DNA from: Fimbriimonadia bacterium
GTDB lineage: Bacteria; Armatimonadota; Fimbriimonadia; Fimbriimonadales; JABRVX01
Direction of reading: 5' to 3'
Length of the DNA stretch: 64,000 bases
Assembly (NCBI GenBank): GCA_041483895.1
Contig: JBGPGO010000004.1
Location: 128,001 to 192,000, forward strand
Position 1 is the first letter of the stretch. The number at the start of each line of letters is the position of its first letter. The position numbers and the translations under genes are program-made. The notes under the pieces are model-generated. The model was not told where the DNA came from and ran no database searches. It saw only the letters and a program-made list of their open reading frames with translations. This document shows positions 60,243-64,000 of the stretch, piece after piece.

Positions 60243-60890
60243 ATGTATCGAAAACTTTCAGTCGTCGCTCTGGCGACGATCTTTGCAACTGCATCGCAGG
60301 CCGCACCGCTTTTTTCGGGACTTGCGTTTTTCAGCCAAGGGCCATTTACACAAATGGGTGGGATTAACGGATCCCTCTCAATTGTTAATCTCCCGAACGG
60401 ATTCAACATCACCGGCAACATCACGATCAATACCGGCCCCGGATTCGTTGGGGGGACATTGCTGTCCTGGACGGTCGATCGGCCACTCGATCCGAGCTAT
60501 GGCACGGGAATCCTGTCGACAACGACCTATCTTTTCGGATTTTCTCAACCGCCGTCACTTGGCACCTTCGGCAACACGTCTGGGATCTCACAGAGCGAGT
60601 TTACGAACTTCGTTGGACCTTCGACCTCCACGATTCCGTTGAATCTCACCGCAGGCGCGCAAACGTGGAACAACATCTTTAGCAGCGGTCCGTTCGTTTA
60701 CACATCCGGTGGAACGAACTACTTGCGTCAGCGGTTCGACCTCGACGGCATTCAGCTTTCGGGACCGGGCGGCAATTGGGTCGTTGATGTTCCCTTGACG
60801 ACGACCGTTGATGTGGTTCCGGAGCCGACCAGCTTGGCGGCGATCTTCGCCGGTATCGGAGCGTTTGCGATTCGACGACGACGCGCCTAG
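60243..60890 (+). CDS. PEP-CTERM protein
   Basis: Signal peptide and C-terminal VPEPTSLAAIFAGIGAFAIRRRRA. Confidence 0.92.
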   Translation: MYRKLSVVALATIFATASQAAPLFSGLAFFSQGPFTQMGGINGSLSIVNLPNGFNITGNITINTGPGFVGGTLLSWTVDRPLDPSYGTGILSTTTYLFGFSQPPSLGTFGNTSGISQSEFTNFVGPSTSTIPLNLTAGAQTWNNIFSSGPFVYTSGGTNYLRQRFDLDGIQLSGPGGNWVVDVPLTTTVDVVPEPTSLAAIFAGIGAFAIRRRRA

Positions 60891-60906
60891 CCTTTGAGAA
60901 ATTCGG

Positions 60907-60940
60907 AAGGCCGAACCGATGCAAATTCGGTTCGGCCTTT
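60907..60940 (+). terminator. Intrinsic terminator-like hairpin
   Basis: AAGGCCGAACCGA-loop-TCGGTTCGGCCTTT downstream of the PEP-CTERM gene. Confidence 0.7.
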
Positions 60941-61034
60941 GCTCTTGCATCTCACAAATCTTCGTAGCCACAGTCTGTGAGAGTAGATTGGCCGGGAAAC
61001 GACATGGATATCAGAATCGGCTAGACTCGCTGCC

Positions 61035-62021
61035 ATGTCCCGATTCCTGTGGCTTCTGCTGGCGCTGGTTGCCGCCATGCTCGTCTCGGTATTCATCGGC
61101 GCAGAGCGGCTGGCCGTCGCAGACGTGTGGCAGTCGCTGCTGAGCGGACCGAATGGCGGCGACAGCATCGGCACCATTGTCTGGCAGTTGCGGCTCCCTC
61201 GCATCCTCGCCGCCGCGGCGTGCGGATGGATGCTTGCGGCGGCGGGTGTCGGATTTCAGGGTGTGCTGCGCAACCCGCTGGCCGACCCGTACATCACCGG
61301 GGTGGCGGGCGGGGCGGCGGTGGGGGCTTCCTGCGCGGTGTTGTTCGGATTCGCGACCGCCCTCGGAGGGTTTGCCGCTCCCGTTGCCGCGTTTGTGTTC
61401 GCGTTCGGCGGCGCGCTCTTGGTGTTTGGATTGGTGCGCCGGGCGGGACGGATGAACGTCGCCAGCTTCCTCCTGGCCGGCATCGCGATCGGGTCCATGC
61501 TTTGGGCCATCATCACCCTCCTTCTGCTCGTCGCCCACCAACCGTTCGAACGAATTCTCTACTGGCTGATGGGCAGTTTTCAGCAAGCGACATGGGAAAC
61601 GCTTTCCGTCATGGCGATTGTTGGCGGTGTTGGGGTCTTGGGGTTATGGCGGTTGGCGCGGCCCTTGGATGTGTACGCCCTCGGTGAGGAATCGGCGGCA
61701 CATTTGGGCGTGGATGTGGAGCGGGTGAAACGCGGGGCGCTGCTATTTGGATCTCTGGCGACGGCGGCGGCGGTTTCGTTCTTCGGCATCATCGGTTTCG
61801 TGGGCCTCATCGTGCCGCATTTGGCAAGGCGGATGTTCAGCCCGCGCCACGCGCTGCTTTTTCCCTCGGCGGGACTGATGGGGGCAATCTTGTTGGTGTT
61901 GGCCGACACGCTGGCCCGGAGCGCTCTGCCACCGACGGAGATTCCGGTGGGCGTTTTGACCGCGCTGGTGGGTGGCCCGTTTCTGGTTGCCATCGTGCGA
62001 AAGGGTACATTGGCGGCGTGA
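61035..62021 (+). CDS. FecCD/BtuC-family ABC permease
   Basis: LRLPR, RNPLADP, LGEESAAHLGV, GIIGFVGL and EIPVG motifs. Confidence 0.92.
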   Translation: MSRFLWLLLALVAAMLVSVFIGAERLAVADVWQSLLSGPNGGDSIGTIVWQLRLPRILAAAACGWMLAAAGVGFQGVLRNPLADPYITGVAGGAAVGASCAVLFGFATALGGFAAPVAAFVFAFGGALLVFGLVRRAGRMNVASFLLAGIAIGSMLWAIITLLLLVAHQPFERILYWLMGSFQQATWETLSVMAIVGGVGVLGLWRLARPLDVYALGEESAAHLGVDVERVKRGALLFGSLATAAAVSFFGIIGFVGLIVPHLARRMFSPRHALLFPSAGLMGAILLVLADTLARSALPPTEIPVGVLTALVGGPFLVAIVRKGTLAA

Positions 62022-62431
62022 AATCCGTCCTCTTCGTTTGTGTTCACAACTCCGGCCGCTCGCAGATGGCGGAGGCGTTTCTCAACCATCTGGCTGCGGA
62101 GCGCGGCCTCGCGGTGCGCGGCCTTTCGGCGGGCACGGCGTCGGGCGGGAGCATCAATCCGCTGGCGCGGCAGGTGATGGACGAGGTTGGCATCTCCATG
62201 GCCGGGCAGGAGCAGAAGCAGCTAACTCTGGAGAAGGCGCAGGCGGCGGACCGGGTGATCACGATGGGCTGTGGGGTGGAGGCCGACCAGTGCCCCGCGG
62301 GGATGATGCCGACGGAAGATTGGGGGCTGGACGATCCGGCGGGCCAGCCGATCGAGGCCGTGCGTGTCATTCGGGATCAGATCCGGGATCGTGTCGGACG
62401 AATGTTGCAGGAGATTGTCGTCGGGCCGTAG
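62018..62431 (+). CDS. arsC: Arsenate reductase (LMW-PTP family)
   Basis: CVHNSGRSQMAE, SAGT, ITMGCG and DW.LDDP motifs. Confidence 0.85.
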   Translation: MKSVLFVCVHNSGRSQMAEAFLNHLAAERGLAVRGLSAGTASGGSINPLARQVMDEVGISMAGQEQKQLTLEKAQAADRVITMGCGVEADQCPAGMMPTEDWGLDDPAGQPIEAVRVIRDQIRDRVGRMLQEIVVGP

Positions 62432-62448
62432 CTTCGCAAGAATTCGTG

Positions 62449-62477
62449 TTGACAATGTGTTCACAATGTGGTACGAT
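62449..62477 (+). promoter_or_regulatory. Sigma-70 promoter with an overlapping direct-repeat operator
   Basis: TTGACA-17 nt-TACGAT, containing ACAATGTG twice. Confidence 0.75.
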
Positions 62478-62486
62478 CTATGAACT

Positions 62487-62777
62487 ATGAAATCCCAGCC
62501 GAAGCCTGAGCACATCCACATCCGCGCCTCGAAGCATCAAAAGGCATTGTTGGCGGGCGCAGCCCGAAAGAGAGATTTGTCGTTGAGTCAGTTCGTTCTC
62601 CAAGCGGTTTTGCCGGTGGCGAACGACGTCCTTCAACAAAATGCCCAAGATATTCCGCTTCACGTTGAGCTAGACGACGAAGCATGGGCAGAATTCAATC
62701 GCCTCCTAGACGCTCCAGTTCGGGATCTGGCGGAATTGAGAAAGTTGTTGCTTAGCAAACCCGTTTGGGAAGAGTAG
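62487..62777 (+). CDS. DUF1778 (RHH) antitoxin
   Basis: IHIRAS...LL..AA.....SLSQFVL..., L...AW.EF...LDAP; lies upstream of a GNAT gene. Confidence 0.85.
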   Translation: MKSQPKPEHIHIRASKHQKALLAGAARKRDLSLSQFVLQAVLPVANDVLQQNAQDIPLHVELDDEAWAEFNRLLDAPVRDLAELRKLLLSKPVWEE

Positions 62778-62779
62778 GC

Positions 62780-63280
62780 GTGGTATCAAAACCCGTTCTC
62801 TTGAACGCGACGCACGACATTACAAGTTTTGATTGCGGCAAGGAACCGGTCACCGAATTCTTGAAAAGGTATGCGCTGATGAATCAAGCGGGCGGAGCCA
62901 CTCGGACATATGTTGCTCTGAGTGGCAACAACGTCGTTGGATATTATAGTTTAGCGCCGTATTCGGTCTCCCACAAAGAAGCGCCAGATCGAGTTACTAA
63001 AGGACAGTCCAAACATCGAATACCGTGCATCTTGCTCGCCCGACTGGCAGTTGACAAGAGCCAGCAGGGCAAGGGATTGGGAGGCTCGCTATTCCGGGAC
63101 GCTCTCCTCCGGGCCGATTCCGCTCACTCGGCCGTCGGCGGCAGAGCTTTTCTTGTTCATGCTGTAGACGAAGAAGCGCTAGGGTTTTATGCAAAGTACG
63201 AGATGCTACCTTCGCCCACCAATCCGTTTCATCTCTTCCTACTGTTCAAAGACGTCCGTGCAATTCTCGCCGCCGATTGA
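62780..63280 (+). CDS. GNAT acetyltransferase toxin
   Basis: HD..SFDCG, VVGYY, LARLAVD..QQGKGLG, VHA and FY motifs. Confidence 0.88.
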   Translation: MVSKPVLLNATHDITSFDCGKEPVTEFLKRYALMNQAGGATRTYVALSGNNVVGYYSLAPYSVSHKEAPDRVTKGQSKHRIPCILLARLAVDKSQQGKGLGGSLFRDALLRADSAHSAVGGRAFLVHAVDEEALGFYAKYEMLPSPTNPFHLFLLFKDVRAILAAD

Positions 63281-63403
63281 TTAGTCCACAATCACCCTGA
63301 TCACAACCCGCTTCTTCCGATGACCGTCGAATTCCGCGTAGAACACCCTCTCCTACGGGCCGAGGTCCAGGCGGCCGTTGGTGATCGGGAGCATCACTTG
63401 GTG
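63281..63403 (-). pseudogene. 3' remnant of a YjbQ-family gene
   Basis: [39 protein letters not shown]; the conserved W codon is TAG. Confidence 0.75.
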
Positions 63404-63420
63404 TCAGAGGAGTAGGCGGT

Positions 63421-64000
63421 TCAAGTGCGCAACTCGCTGTTGTCTATGAGTCTTGTATTGCCGATCCATGCGGCGATACAGAGTCGAGACTCTGCGTCGA
63501 GCGATTCGATGCGTTGCAGGGTGATGGAATCGACGACGTGAATGTAGTCGATGCGGACCGCGTCAATGACTTCGGTAGCCAGGCCCTCGATGGCTGCGGT
63601 GGAGCGTTCTCCGGACTGGACCGCTTGCTGCGCGGCCTGCAACGCTTGATAGATGGTGAGGGCGCGGCGGCGATCGTCGGGTGAGAGGTAGGCGTTGCGG
63701 GAGCTCATCGCCAATCCGTCCGGCTCGCGCACAGTGGAGCAGCGGACAATCTGCGTCGGGATTTCGAGGTCCGACACCATCTGCTCAATGATGCGAAGCT
63801 GTTGGAAATCCTTCTCGCCAAAGTAGGCGCGGTCTGGCTGGACGATGTTGAACAGCTTGCACACCACCGTCGCCACACCCGCAAAGTGCCCCGGACGGAA
63901 GGGACCGCACAGCCCTTCCGCCAGCGCGCCGGGCCGCACTGTCGTCTGCCAACCCTCCATGTATATCTCCTCTGGCGCCGGCGCGAAGACTGCCTCCGCC
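63421..64000 (-). CDS. panC: Pantoate-beta-alanine ligase (5' end outside the window)
   Basis: RPGHFAGV, YFGEKDFQQ, DGLAMSSRN and RLIDN motifs. Confidence 0.96.
   Translation of the reverse strand, partial: AEAVFAPAPEEIYMEGWQTTVRPGALAEGLCGPFRPGHFAGVATVVCKLFNIVQPDRAYFGEKDFQQLRIIEQMVSDLEIPTQIVRCSTVREPDGLAMSSRNAYLSPDDRRRALTIYQALQAAQQAVQSGERSTAAIEGLATEVIDAVRIDYIHVVDSITLQRIESLDAESRLCIAAWIGNTRLIDNSELRT

Overview
GC-rich bacterial window, probably from Armatimonadota (inferred from a PEP-CTERM protein, a secreted protein with a KGSHWL/dockerin-like tail, and LLRAA-tailed membrane proteins). About 40 kb (2076-42271) is an integrative island inserted at the 3' end of tRNA-Glu(CTC). The last 15-18 nt of the tRNA are repeated at 2076-2093, and a large serine recombinase reads into the tRNA. 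The island backbone is decaying: the serine recombinase has an in-frame TGA, the primase-helicase is frameshifted and 5'-truncated, and another gene is frameshifted. The backbone also carries two ParB-methyltransferase fusions, a TerS-like HTH gene and a type I R-M system. The most striking observation lies inside the island. A tyrosine recombinase sits between four 28-bp dif/lox-like sites (11-bp arm, 6-bp spacer, 11-bp arm; consensus SSTATCGATAA-TGGnnn-TTWTCGATASS). These sites bracket two intact cargo modules: a complete kdp K+-uptake regulon, and an ECF sigma/anti-sigma locus with four tandem paralogous membrane proteins and a large surface protein. This looks like an integron- or pdif-like cassette-capture system. 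The right third of the window is ordinary chromosome. It holds prfB with its +1 frameshift, an EgtB-like gene, an MFS transporter, two toxin-antitoxin pairs and partial panC. It also holds an MshEN-pseudokinase/degenerate FlhG pair, REP-like palindromes (one in-frame inside a methyltransferase) and many apparently leaderless genes. All calls come from reading motifs by eye; no database searches were run.
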